DNA from: the human T2T-CHM13v2.0 reference genome, Homo sapiens
Length of the DNA: 64,000 nucleotides
Assembly: GCF_009914755.1 (NCBI RefSeq)
Contig: NC_060928.1
Reading direction: 5' to 3' (one strand)
In this document: in pieces, positions 40,194-53,541 of the stretch
Position numbering within the stretch: the first letter of the stretch is position 1
Layout: each line of letters begins with the position of its first letter
Translations under genes and position numbers: made by a program
Notes under the pieces: generated by a model
Seen by the model: the letters and a program-made list of their open reading frames with translations, nothing else
Databases searched by the model: none
Told to the model about the DNA's origin: nothing

Positions 40194-40527
40194 TTCTATT
40201 CTATCTTGTAATCTTCATATCAAATGTAAGATTGATATGTAAGTAGGTCTGAAAACTTCAGAAGCCACTGTCCCCAGTAAAGGGAAATATCTATAGACAG
40301 TTAGTTCCTTGTGCCTGGGTCCTCAGGATATATAGCCTATGGCCTCATTTTCCTGGCCAATCAGAAGACTTCTGAAACAAAGGTAACAATTTACAGGTTG
40401 GCCCCAGGTTTGATCTGAGATTCTTGGTCATTACAATTCTGTCCATCAGAGCACATTTTCATGGTTGCTTGTAATCTTCATATCTATTCTATTCTATCTT
40501 GTAATCTTCATATCAAATGTAAGATTG
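40194..40527. repeat. Perfect 41-bp direct repeat flanking an inverted insertion
   Basis: TTCTATTCTATCTTGTAATCTTCATATCAAATGTAAGATTG at 40194-40234 and 40487-40527, plus a partial third copy CTTGTAATCTTCATATC at 40468-40484. Confidence 0.95.
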
Positions 40528-41178
40528 CTTAGAGAAATGGCTACTTCCAATCGGTTACATTATAATCTCTATTGGAAATTTATTTTAAAAAATATTGTCA
40601 GGTCCCTGTCTCAAAATATTATTATTTAGCAGATTGGATTCTATTGAAAACAGACATTGTGATGGAGCTTATATGCAACAAGGAAATGTGGGAATGCTCT
40701 TGGGAACAAGAGCTATAAAGGAGGGAAGGAAGCATGATGAGCAAAGGGAGATGCTAATAGAATGTTCTGTAGCTAGTATGTCCTTTCAGAACTACCCCAA
40801 ACTGAGGTAAGATGCTGGCCTTTGTAGGCTCACATTGACTAGTGATGCTGGCTATCCCAGGAAGGGGCATGACTTAAGGTAAAACATCTCCTGCTGAGAG
40901 CAATTCCCAAAGCGGGGATTTCTGACCTTCTCCATTGTTTCTGCCTCATGACTAGCAACCATGAAAATGTGCTCTGATTGACAGAATTGTAATGACCAAG
41001 AATCTCAGATCAAACCTGGGGCCAACCTATAAATTGTTACCTTTGTTTCAGAAGTCTTCTGATTTGGCCAGGAAAATGAGGCCATAGGCTACATATCCTG
41101 AGGACCCAGACATAAAGAACTGTCTATAGATATTTCCCTTTACTGGGGACGGTGGCTTCTGAAGCTTTCAGACCTACT
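40242..41178. repeat. Long inverted repeat: arms 40242-40469 and 40954-41178, spacer 484 bp
   Basis: Manual alignment of the left arm to the reverse complement of the right arm gives 8 substitutions and 2 indels over about 225 bp. Confidence 0.96.
40620..40920 (-). mobile_element. Old ERVL-class LTR fragment (LTR16-like) in the spacer of the inverted repeat
   Basis: ATTGGATTCTATTGAAAACAGACATTGTGATGGAGCTTATATGCAA..GGGAATGCTCTTGGGA..CCAGGAAGGGGCATGACTTAAGG..GCTGAGAGCAATTCC. Confidence 0.45.
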
Positions 41179-41334
41179 CAAGCTTTTCTCCAAGACACTC
41201 AGCAATCTCATATAAATAAAAATAATTTAAAATATACACATAGCAAAAGAAAGAAACTATTTTTATGGTAAATGATAAAAACTAAACATTTAGATTCAAA
41301 GATAAATTTTCAAATGGATAGACAAGTTTATTTC

Positions 41335-41460
41335 TTCATTCATTCAACAATTATTTACTGAATATCTTTCATGTGCCATACATGGTTCTAGACTCTGGGG
41401 ATACCACACTGACAGAACTAGTATACAGACAAACTCTTTGTGGTGCTTACTTTCTACTAG
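41335..41460 (-). mobile_element. L2 3' end
   Basis: TTCATTCATTCAACAATTATTTACTGAATATCTTTCATGTGCCA..GTTCTAGACTCTGGGGATAC. Confidence 0.7.
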
Positions 41461-41517
41461 GATATATATTATTTAAATGAGTTAATAGATTGGGATTTAT
41501 ATTATTTAAATAAGTTG

Positions 41518-42840
41518 ATAGATCAATGGAAAATAATAGGAAACATAGAAATAAAGCTGCATACATATCTGTTTAATCTTCCATAAAATTGAGAAAAATA
41601 AGCGATGGGGAAAGGACTGTCTATTCAATAAATGGTGCAGGGATAGCTGACTAGCCATATGCAGAAGAATAAAACTAGACCCTTAATTTTCACCATATAC
41701 AAGCATTAACTGAAGATGGATTAATGTAAGACCTCACTCTCTAAGAATACTAGAAAAAAATCTAGGAAACACTATTCTGGACATCAACCTTGGGAAAGTA
41801 TGACTAAGTTCTCAAAAGCAATTGCAACCAAAACAAAAACTGACAAGTAATACCTAATAAAGGAGCTTCTGCACGGCAAAGGAAACTATCAACATAGTAA
41901 ACAGACAACCTACAGAACGGGAGGAAGAGATTCACAAGCTGTGCATACAACAAAGCTCAAATATCCAGAATCTATAAGGAACTTAAAAAACGGAACAAGC
42001 AAAAAACAAATAACCTCATTAAGAAGTGGAAAAAATACATGAACAGACACTTCTCAAAAGAAGATATACAAGTGTCCAAGAAACAAAAAAATCCTCCACG
42101 TCAGTCATCATCAGAGAAATGCAAAGCAAAACCACAATAAGATACCATCTCACACCAATCACAATACTGTTATTAAAAAGTCAAAAAACAACAGATGCTG
42201 GCAAGGCTGTGGAGAAAGCGGAACACTTACACACTATTGGTGGGAATGGAAATTAGTTCAGACCCTGTGGAAAGCAGTTTGGAGATTTCTCACCGTACTT
42301 AAAACAGAGCTACAATTCGACCCAGCAATCCCATTACTGGATATATATCAGAAAGAAAATAAAGTGTTCTACTAAAAAGACAAATGCACTTGTTTGTTCA
42401 TCACAGAGCTATTCACAATATCAAAGACATGTAATCAACCTATGTGGTCATCAATGGTTCACTGGATAAAGAAAATGTGGTACATATATATTATGGAATA
42501 CTATGCAGCCATAATAAACAATAAAATCCTGTCCTTTGCAGCAACATGGATGCAGCTAGAAGCCATTATCCTAAGTGAATTAACACAGGAACTGAACACC
42601 ATACTGCATGTTCTCACTTATATGTGGGAGCTAAACATTGGGAACACATGGACATAAAGATGGGAAATACTAGAGGATGGAGAGAGAAAGGGGAAGGATT
42701 GAGAAACCAACTGTTGGGGACTATGCTCTCTACCTGGGTAACAGGATCAACTGTATCCCAAATCTCAGCATCCCACAATATACCCAGTTAACAAACATGC
42801 AACCATGAACCTAAAATAAAAATAGAAATTAGAAAAAAAA
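41518..42840 (+). mobile_element. Older primate L1 (L1PA15-16/L1PB-like) 3' portion
   Basis: ORF2 fragments [17 protein letters not shown] and MFITELFTISKTCNQP..WIKKMWYIYIMEYYAAI, then a 3'UTR ending CTAAAATAAAAATAGAAATTAGAAAAAAAA. Confidence 0.92.
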
Positions 42841-44139
42841 GAATAGAATATGACATACTACTGAAAAATAAAAAAATAAGCATGTTGTGCCTTAATCTCC
42901 TCAATAATAAAAAATAATACTGGCTTTGCATGATTAATATAAAGAGGTGTGTGTAAAGTACTCAGACTCTCTTCCTAGTTGATATTAATTAATAAAAAAG
43001 CAATGCCTATTATCAAGGTAGCTGATGGGATGGTACAAATGTGGATGTTGGAGTAGTTTAACCCTGTCTTTACTATAGCTTGTACTCTACTGTTTTTTGT
43101 TTTTTGGTTTTTTGGTTTTTTTTTTTTTTTTGGTTAAGTGAGAAATTTACCTAAGCTCTCTCAGCATTGAATTTGAGAGATACACGATGTTAAGTAAATA
43201 CAAATCATGGATATGGAATGACAAATATTGGTTTAACACAGACATTTCTGAATAAAAGGATGTATTTTTGACTTTCTGCCCCAATCAATTTATAGCTCAG
43301 AATAGGCATCATAACATTATTTATTGAGAAATGAAAGGAAACATTGTTTATCATGGCATAGATTATTTTACTAAACTAAACTATGCCACAGTTTTCTCAG
43401 TTGTCTTCCATATTATTAATTTCATATAAGATACTGTCTTCAACCTGCCTGGTCACAGATTCTTCATGTGTGAAAAATATCAAAGGTTTAAAATGTTAAC
43501 AGCATTTCTACCACAGAAATGAGTAGACTGGAAAGAAAAATAGTGTGCTGTCTTCAGTGTAAGAAGGTAACTGGCATCTTGTGCTGACATTGTTCTTATG
43601 GGACAGAGGGTGAGACATTTCATGATGAAGATCAGAGAAATAGAAAATCTCTCCTCCATGTGCAGACATGCAGGTTTGGTTTTGTTTGTTTTTTCCTTGC
43701 TTTTTGGTAGGAATATGTAGAGATTTTGCTTTGGAACTGTATTTGTTTAGGGTTGCCAAGATTCTAATGTTGAACTGGGTATTTGCTTTACATTTCAACC
43801 TAATAAAAATTAAACATTTTAGAACAAATCTAATGAGATGTATACATTTCTAATCATTAAAAAGTGTTGATGTTTTAGTAGAGCAAAATAATTCTGAATT
43901 TGTAAAACCTGTATACAGATAAAGCAGGGACAAAACCATTATTCTAAAACTGAAAAATATATATTCCAGCTGCACTAAATTTGAAGAAGAAATGTGTATA
44001 CTTTTATTTAAGAAAGATTATTTTGGAGACATTTTCAATCATATGTAACAAAACAATAATAAAACAATTATAGAAAGTGTGATTTTCCTGTGGAGAAGTG
44101 GGGTAGGTATTCAAGTGAAAAGTCTATCTTTATGAAAGC

Positions 44140-44819
<680 letters not shown>

Positions 44820-45374
44820 AACATCTTTTAAAACTAAGCGAATTGAAATTTCCTCTATTGTTCTGTGAAACATGGATAGGATTTGGGAAAGGAGAGCTTG
44901 TTCAAAGACTGAGGAAAAGAGGACATGTATATTTAAAAGGGCCTTTTCCCCTTAACTTTTATAGTTCGACTGTATGAACTCATCTTCTCTTGCCTGAATT
45001 GGTGGGGGGCATTTTAGAGGACAGAAGACAGTTGGTCACTATACACAAAACTTCTCAGAGATATCACAGACACTTGAGCTAATACAGTGTAGGAAACATC
45101 TCAGGGGGAAAAAGGTTGAAAATGCTAAAGGACAGACCTCAGGATTTAAAACTAAGAAGTAAATGCTAGATCTTGAGCAAGCAAACAGCCTTAGAGTTAA
45201 AACATCAGTTCTATTTAGAAATGTGTATATACATTCCTAGCTATCTATATAGCTAGATAATAGTTTTGATTTCTCAGGATCAAATAATAAAACAACAAAA
45301 AAATCAAACAACTTAAATATATGAGCTGTACTGCATTTTTTTTGTTTACAAAAGTGGAATTAGAATGCTTTTTA

Positions 45375-45625
45375 CAGTATAAAGTTTAAGAACACAAACT
45401 TCAGGATTAGTCTGATTTCTTCCCAGGTGTGCCTCTTACCACATGTATGACTTTTAATATATTATTTCACCTTTCAGCATCTCAGTTTTCTCATTTGTCC
45501 AGTGAACACTAATAAAACATCCCTTTCATGATTATTGTGAGAATTAAATTAAGTAATTTAAGAGAAGCAAATAATCAGGTTAGTGCCTAGGAAATTCTTA
45601 GCTATTGCTTTATTACTACTATTAT
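45375..45625 (+). mobile_element. MIR SINE
   Basis: CATCTCAGTTTTCTCATTTGT..AATAAAACATCCCTTTCATGATTATTGTGAGAATTAAAT. Confidence 0.7.
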
Positions 45626-46841
45626 TAGTAGTAGCAGTTATTTTATCTACGCAGTTATGGGGTTTATCAATTTATTAATTGAAACAGGTTAACATATGAT
45701 TTCTAGCTACACTCAGTTAATTTGTTTCAATTGGCAAAAATTGTGCAAATCCAACCATTTCTGATTCTCCTATGATATGTTATTTCTCATCTCTTTTAAA
45801 AAGACGAAAGGAAAAGATATTTCCTTTCTTTCTTTTGTGGAATCTTTTTCCTGAAACAGAAGACAGAAAATTGATGGGAAGAGGAAAGATACTATGGCTC
45901 CTGCAATAAACCTGCCCAGATGGTATCAGTGCTTGTAGGGAAAACAGAAGAATGAGAATGTCCCTGTTTTGGTCTTTTACTGGATATTTAATAAGTATGT
46001 GGTTTAAATGAGTTTGTTCTCCATTCAATGTACTAATTGGATGGATGATAAAATGCCATACAGTGATGCATGAAATGTTTAACATTCAGAAACTTATTTA
46101 TTTATACATAGGAAAATATTTTTGTCATCCCAAAAGAATGAGTCTGACAACCTTCAGTAGTCATTCATTATTAAGAAAATTACCAAGTTAACGAATACAA
46201 TACTGTTTCAGAATAGAAAGCTAATTGCTGAACCTCTAAAGCTTTCCTCACCAATCCAGAATACTTAATGTCTAATATTTGAGTTTCTGTCTCAGAAAAT
46301 AAGATAACTGTTATAAGTCTCCCAAAAATTCCTCCCACAAATGCTTTCTAAATTAAACTGTAATCCCTGCTACCTCCCAACTATTTTTCTTCTTTAGAAT
46401 TATAAGGAAAAAACTGCTGCACTTACACATGCTAAGATATAATTTTCCAAAGCCTGTGCCCCGTCCAATTTTTCTAATAGCTCTGAAAACCTAATATAGT
46501 TTCTATACTTAAGGTATATAAAGCCTGTCAACATTAAAATCATCTCTTTCTTTCTCTGTCTGTCTCTTACCCTAACCTAACCTTCTTCTCCATTCTTAGT
46601 TTAAAATATATTTAGCTCTTAGGACACTTCTCAGACTTTTATTCTTTTCAGTATCCTAGAGCTCAAGAATTTAGCTCTTCAAAGTATTAAACTCATTAAA
46701 CTCACATTTGCTTTGCATTTTAAAATAAATCACTGAATAACTTACTTAGATTTTTTTTTATTAAAGTAGAATATTAAAAGTGCTGCTTTTCATTATATTA
46801 ACATATATGTTTTACAGTATTTTGACTTCTGTCTTGACTTC

Positions 46842-47241
46842 TGTATTAGTTTATTCTCACATTGCTATAAAGAACTACCTGAAACTGAGCAATTTGTAAA
46901 GAAAAGAGGTTTAATTGGCTCACAGTTCCACAGGCTGTACAGGCAGCATGGCTGAGGGGACCTCAGCAAACTTACAATCATGGCAGAATGCAAAGGGAAA
47001 CCCAGCATGTCCAACATGGCTGGAGAGGGAGGAAGAGAGAGAGAATAGGGAGTAAACTTTTAAACAACCAGATTTCATAAGAACTCACTCACTGTCACAA
47101 GGGAACAGCAAGGGGAAAGAGAACAGCAAGGAGTAAGTCCATCTCCATGATCCAGTCACCTCCCACTAGGCCCCTCCTCCAACACTGGAAATTACAATTC
47201 AACATGAGATTTCGGCAGGGACACAGACCCAAACCATATCA
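46842..47241 (-). mobile_element. MSTA MaLR solo LTR
   Basis: TGTATTAGTTTATTCTCACATTGCTATAAAGAACTACCTGA..CACAGTTCCACAGGCTGTACAGG..GGGACACAGACCCAAACCATATCA. TSD ACTTC/ACCTC. Confidence 0.92.
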
Positions 47242-48013
47242 ACCTCTACTCTGCTATTTTTGACAAATATCTCTAATTTTACTTTATTAAATAGATTGTC
47301 TTCGATAAAAGTATACTCCTATAGTTAACTATTGTATATACTTAATAGCAAACATATTCTTCACTAAATTGTATAAGGAAAGCTTCCATAAGTACTTACA
47401 TAGATTTTAAGTATAATTATTTTAAAATATATTTTTGAATGTTTTCTTTTTAGATTTCTTTTATAGTCCCAGACAAAAGAAATGGTAACTATTTTATCAG
47501 TAAACATGTTATTTATCACACACTTTACCAGGGATTTCCAAAGTTATCCTTTATCATAACATTAGTGTCAAGAGCTACATTATATGACACAGGTTGCGTA
47601 ATATACATAGGGATTTTAGATACTCTGTGAAGCATGGTAGGTATGACACCAGTCTTGTTTAGTTCAAAGTGTATAACCTTATTGAAAGATAAATTGCTTT
47701 ATTAATTTATTGTTAATATTTATTTAACAAATATTTTTAACAATTACTGTGTGTCAAACTATATTCCAGGGAGAAGAAACAGAGAGATCTATAAGAAATA
47801 TGAATCCTGTCCTCATGAAGTTTATGCTATAATAGTAATAATTAATAATAAAGAGGGCTCTTAATATAAGTAATCTCAGTTACCAAAACTCAGTTTTATA
47901 CATTTAAAAAGACACCATTTCTTAGATTTAAAAAAACACTCTGAAACAGAGAAAGTTTGTAAATTCCCAGGGTCACACATTTCATAAGCACTAGAGCTAA
48001 AGTTCAAAACCAG

Positions 48014-48389
48014 TGATATGGTTTGGCTCTCTGTCCCCAACCAAATCTCATCTTGAACTGTACTCCCATAATTCCCAAGTGTTGTGGGAGAGACCCAGTG
48101 GGAGATGATTGAATCACCGGGGCAGTTTCCCCCATACTGTTCTGGTAGTAGTGAATAAGTCTCACAATATCTGATGGTTTTTATCAGGGGTTTCCACTTT
48201 TGCGTCTTCCTCATTTTCTCTTTGCCTGCTGCCATGCATGTAAGACGGGACTTGTTCCTCATTGCCTTCGGCCACGATTGTGAGGCTTTCCCAGCCCCGT
48301 GGAACTGTAAGTCCAATTAAACCTCCTTCTTTGTAAATTGCCCAGTCTTGGGTAGGTCTTTGTCAGCCACGTGAAAATGGCCTAATACA
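48014..48389 (+). mobile_element. THE1A/B MaLR solo LTR, inserted into a MIR remnant
   Basis: TGATATGGTTTGGCTCTCTGTCCCC..TGTACTCCCATAATTCCC..AATGGCCTAATACA. Perfect TSD ACCAG at 48009-48013 and 48390-48394. Confidence 0.95.
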
Positions 48390-50437
48390 ACCAGGTATTC
48401 CATTCCAAATCCTGTGTTCCTGAACACTAGACTACATCTGCTTATGGAGCATGACTTTGCAAATACTGCAAAAAAAAAAAAAAAATGTTGATTGCTTGAG
48501 ATCAGAGGTCTGTTGTATCCTGTTGAAAATTGTATCCATTCTTCCTAAAATAGTTCCTAACATACTGTATTGCCATAGATACTGCCCAATAAATTAGTGA
48601 ATAATTGAACAAATATGTGTTCACTACTGGACTAAGAGACAAGTAACTAACTGCTGCTCAGTCAGATCTTGTTTCCTGTTGCATGGAGACAATTAAGTCA
48701 AGGTTAGTGCCTTTCATATTCTTGCTTTCCTCTTTCCTATTTCCATGTCCACTGATTTATCTGAAAACATACCTAATCGTCAACTGTTTTTCTAAGACCA
48801 AAACCTGTTCAAGGACAATCGCATCACCTATCACCATGAACTGATCTTTGCCCATCCATTACTGTCTAGCTCTTTTGTACCATCGACTAGTTCCTTGCTA
48901 CTGGCTCCACTCTCCTCTTAGTTCTCTCCAAACCTAAAACAAGCCTTTATTCACCATAAACTTTCAACTCATTTTCATATTCCTTCCTCATATATGTTTA
49001 TTAAAGGGTAGTTCATAATCACCACTTGCCTATTTCTTTCCCTTAATTTCCGTTTATAATCAGACTCTGAGTCCTGATGACTTCACATTTTTAAATATTT
49101 TGCGATCAAATCAGCATCTACTCATTCACTCACCTTGTTTATCAAATAACATCTGAGAGTTTAATTCTTCCTCTCTCTCACTCTTTACATAAAATAAATC
49201 ACCAGCACTGTTAATTTTCTCTCTTTTACTGAATCTATCCACTTCCTTCTGTTTTTAATGCTATGATTCTATTTGAAGCAAACTTTTTCCCCCTGAATTA
49301 TTTCCATAGCCTCCCTACAGGTCTCACTGCATTTTGTATTTCCACCTTCTCACTGTAATGAGAGGAATATGTGCTAGAAAGTGACTAAGACACCCTTTCT
49401 CCTATTCCTATCAGAAGAACATCTAGAATGTGTAGCTATATTGTGAAAATAATTCAACATTGCAAAGTAAAACACCATGCTTCATATGGTCTTATTTCTG
49501 GTGTTAGAGCCAGATGTTCCATATCAACTTTCCTACTAAAATGTATTAGTTTGTTGGCTTTTTCAGTAAGAGAGAGCAGGATAACAAAATAGCAAGAACT
49601 GTTACATTGAAAAGAGTATTTTATGCAGCATGAATACTTTCCCTCCTCCCTTTCAGTAATGGGTAGGTGAAGTCAAGTGTTCCTACTTCCTCACCACTTT
49701 ACTCCTAAACTCAGAAAGCCCCGTTGAATTCTCATAAGTCTTCATACCACTGATGGATGTTGCAATATGGGCATGTAAAATAAAGAAGAGACCGTGACAC
49801 TGAGTGTGCAGCAATTGTGATTTCCACCTCGTGGTGTAGCAAGGGTCGATGTGTTTCTCAGAGGAGCAGAAGAGGTGAGCTTGCACAAAGTATCTGCAAC
49901 AAGAGGGTATGGGATAGAAGGAAAGTTGTAAAAATGTGGTATAAAGAGCATTTCACTTTGCTAAGCTCACTCAAATCAGAGAACAGTACAGGGAGCAGTG
50001 TTGTGGGACAGCCTGAAAACCATCAAACATATCCAGAGAGAAAGACAGCATTTTGAATGCCAACAGCACTCTGAAAGCCAATGGCAAGGCAGAGGTAGAT
50101 GAAACAAATCAGCAAAGAAGAAATCTGAAAACTTGCAACCAATATGTTTTTCTTATCTATCTTTGACATTTTTCTCTTATTCCTCTCCTGTTCCCTGTTT
50201 CTGCAGCAGACAGGACATCCATACAAAGAACAAATGGGAATGAGAAGCAAGAAAGTAACTGGGTCACCAAGCTTCCGCTTCTGCCCTGCTGGTGACTTAC
50301 CAAAGCCAGTAAGAACCTGGCTTTTGGAGTGCTTATCATGACAGAAGGAAGAGATAATATTTAAATATTTAAAATAATTAAAATTTACCAAATATCTGCC
50401 AAAATTAGTATCTTAAAATATGAAAATACGTGAATAA

Positions 50438-50520
50438 GTGTATGTAATGTGTATATATATGTATGTATATGCATGTATATGTGTGTATATATGTATATAT
50501 GTATACACATACATATATAA
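50438..50520. repeat. (TA/TG)n simple repeat
   Basis: GTGTATATATATGTATGTATATGCATGTATATGTGTGTATATATGTATATATGTATACACATACATATAT. Confidence 0.88.
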
Positions 50521-50899
50521 TTTTTTTTTGCAAATACTAAGGTCCCATTATTTGGCCCATTTATGTTCCCTTTTACCAGCTACACAATCAATAAGGTTTC
50601 AAATGTTAAAGTTAATATTAGTTAATCTGGTTTAAATATTGCGGCAATTTTTAAACATTATTAAATCACTAAATCAAGATTGTTTAATTTGCATATGTTA
50701 AATCATTGTAAAAGAAAATCTATAAATTAATTCTCTTGCTTACATTGCTTCTATTAAGGCTATAATAGAATCTAAGCAATTTTTTTTTTGTTGTAGACAG
50801 CCCATAATTTATTCTATGCCTGTTTTCATAAGCTTCATTTTCCTATATCTTCCATTTGCATTGTGTGGTCTAATTGTACTGATTTCTAACTCCTTCTTG

Positions 50900-51250
50900 A
50901 ATAATATGCCTTGTTCTTGCATCAGGTCCTGACATATGCTGTTCCCTATGCCTGAAATACCACTTTTAATCCAGCTCACACTTCCAATTTACAGGTCTTC
51001 TTTGTTTTCACCTAGAGAGAAATGACTTTCTTGAAACTCTAATCTAGATTACCTCCCACTTTTATGTTCCTCTATAGCATCAAGCACATCCTTTTTGTCA
51101 AATTCATCATATTTGAAGTTACTACTTCAGTGTTTTTCTTCCCAGCCAAACTGTAAAGGAGAGGAAAAATATCATCCCTTCCTTATTATTAAATTCCCAC
51201 TTTCTAGCATAGTGTCTGGTAAATAATAAGCGTTTCACCAATTTCCTGTT
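50900..51250 (+). mobile_element. L2 3' region remnant
   Basis: CATATGCTGTTCCCTATGCCTGAAATAC..TTCCCAGCCAAACTGTAAAG..TTCCCACTTTCTAGCATAGTGTCTGGTAAATAATAAGCG. Confidence 0.6.
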
Positions 51251-53541
51251 TTACAAATTCATTAACTGTGGGTAATTGAACAGTACTATTTACCTTGGGC
51301 TATCAAAGATCACAAACAGTGCAAATTGAGACAGAAACAAAACAAAACACAGGTATCAGAGACTCAGTAATCAGAAGGAGTCACCCAGTGAAGTCATATT
51401 AAAGCAACGTCATAGAACAATGTGGAGAATTTTTTAGGACAAAGTATTGTTAAACTTCTCCAAATAAATGTCTAAAGAGTCATTAGCATATATTAACTGT
51501 TGTTTTAAAGGGTGCATAATTTTACAATTTCCAAGTCTCCCAACCTCTGCGTAAAAATAAAATCACATTAGAAAGAAATAACCCAAATATCCCTAGAACT
51601 TTGTGCACACCTACATGAAAAATATTTTGGATTTTTTTCTCTTAAGTTTTTTCATTTCTGAGGGTCTCAAGTTGCTACTATGCATAAACAGTCCCTATAC
51701 ATTCTTTCAGTTCTGTCCACCTTACTGCTGTCTGTTATCCATGAGATCATCTGAAAGCAGGGCCTCTAGATAGCTACAGATTTCTATCCCCTCCATGGGA
51801 AAATAGTGGAACTAGGACCTTCAGCTTCAGTCTGAAGACTATATAAAGGGATACAGTTAGGTGATTAAATATGATTTGGAAAGAAATATCACAATGTCAC
51901 TCTAGTTTCCTGAATTTTCTCTGGTGCCAGAATATAACATCCTCTAAGTGACCACTTGTTTTGAAGCACTAGATGTGAATAGATATCTAGGGCTGCTAAT
52001 TGGAATAACTCACCAAACAAACTAGACATATCTGAATCTTAGTTTTACTCCACTGCAATTACCTACCACACTAGAACTGCTCAATTTGTAAACCACACAC
52101 AATCATATAGGTATGCTTGAATAATAAATATAAAAAATCTATTTAATGTACCATGCAAAAAAGCCTTCACTGAAAGGACATATCAAAGGAAATTATTTTA
52201 ACTAAATATTTTATTGGGTATTAAATTGGGTATAATAAATACATATTTCTTTTCCGAAATATGGAATTCATATAGCTTTTCTATTTCTAGGATATCACAT
52301 CAAAATTGAGATAAAAAACAAATATCCTCTACCACAGAGCAGAATTAACAATTACCAAGTATCACACTGTATTACGTATTCTGATGGACACTTTTCATTT
52401 GTTAAATTATCTTCCCTAAACACAGTGCAAAACAATTATTGTTAGCTCAATTTTCTATTTAATATCTGCATAAAAAAACTGCCATTTTGTGGAGCTTTAG
52501 TAGCTAGTGGAGGTACTGCTATTGGTTCTCTGTGTCTGATTCTAACAATTTAAGAACAGAAGTAATTAGTACAACACCCATTTTACCTATGCTTATTATA
52601 ACATTATTAATATACTTGAGGAAGTTGTTTGCCTAAGATCTTTCCCTTTCCCCAAGATATGAACCCTTAATATCCTTTTTTTCCCCATTCTTCTCTTTTA
52701 ACCAGTATTCGTAATGTAAATCAAATTAACTGGAAGTTGGGCCCAGATTTATCCTTTCAGGATTCTGTTTCTCCATTTAAAAATTGTGAAAGATGTAACA
52801 GATGAGCTCTGAGATATCAGTCACTACTCCCTTCTATGAAATATTCTTCAGCAGCTAAGCTGATGGTGAAATGTTCCAAGAAATGTTTCTCACCATTATG
52901 TTGTGTTTAATTATACACAATTTTTTTCTATCTCCTTTTCATGATAAAGAAATTGTCAATGCCATCAGATGTTGCTAAATAAAATCACTAATATTGTTAT
53001 TATAAGACACTGTGGTGAAAAGTCCATGACTGGACAAGAATTTTTGTTCTGAACAGAGCGCTCTTGGGAAGTCACAAAAGCTAGAGCACTGCTCAATTTT
53101 AGGGTGTGTCATACACATCTGAGTTAAGGTGAATAGGAAGTCCTCTGGGTGTTCAGGTCACAAAGTTCTATGATACATGAAGTGTCCCTGAAAACCTCTC
53201 AATGTACACTTCTGGTCCGTGTAATATGAGTGGAATTTCTTTATCACTTGAATGCAAGGGTGATCTTAAGACTAGGTTAGGGTTGTAAGTGAAACAAATC
53301 AATATAATTAAACAATCCTTAGAACTCACCAGGAGTGATAGGGAAGAAAGTTCTGTCTTCCTTATGAAATGGGAATTATGCAGATGCATGCTGCAGTTAC
53401 CAACATTTGTCTTGCTATTACATAGAAAGACACTCAAGATTTGTGGTATCCATCTGTGTCATGCAAGCCTATAGATGTGTGAGCATATGCATGTGTAGGA
53501 GGTATCCCTGTGTCCTTCAATGTTATAACCTTTCAGTTTAT

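Noticed and set aside
40194-40527. CRISPR-like repeat-spacer array
   Set aside because: Only two full copies separated by about 250 bp, in eukaryotic context with no cas genes. Better explained as a repair-associated duplication.
49683-50391. Short ORFs (67-122 aa) as protein-coding exons
   Set aside because: No recognisable homology, mostly non-ATG starts, and lengths within chance expectation.
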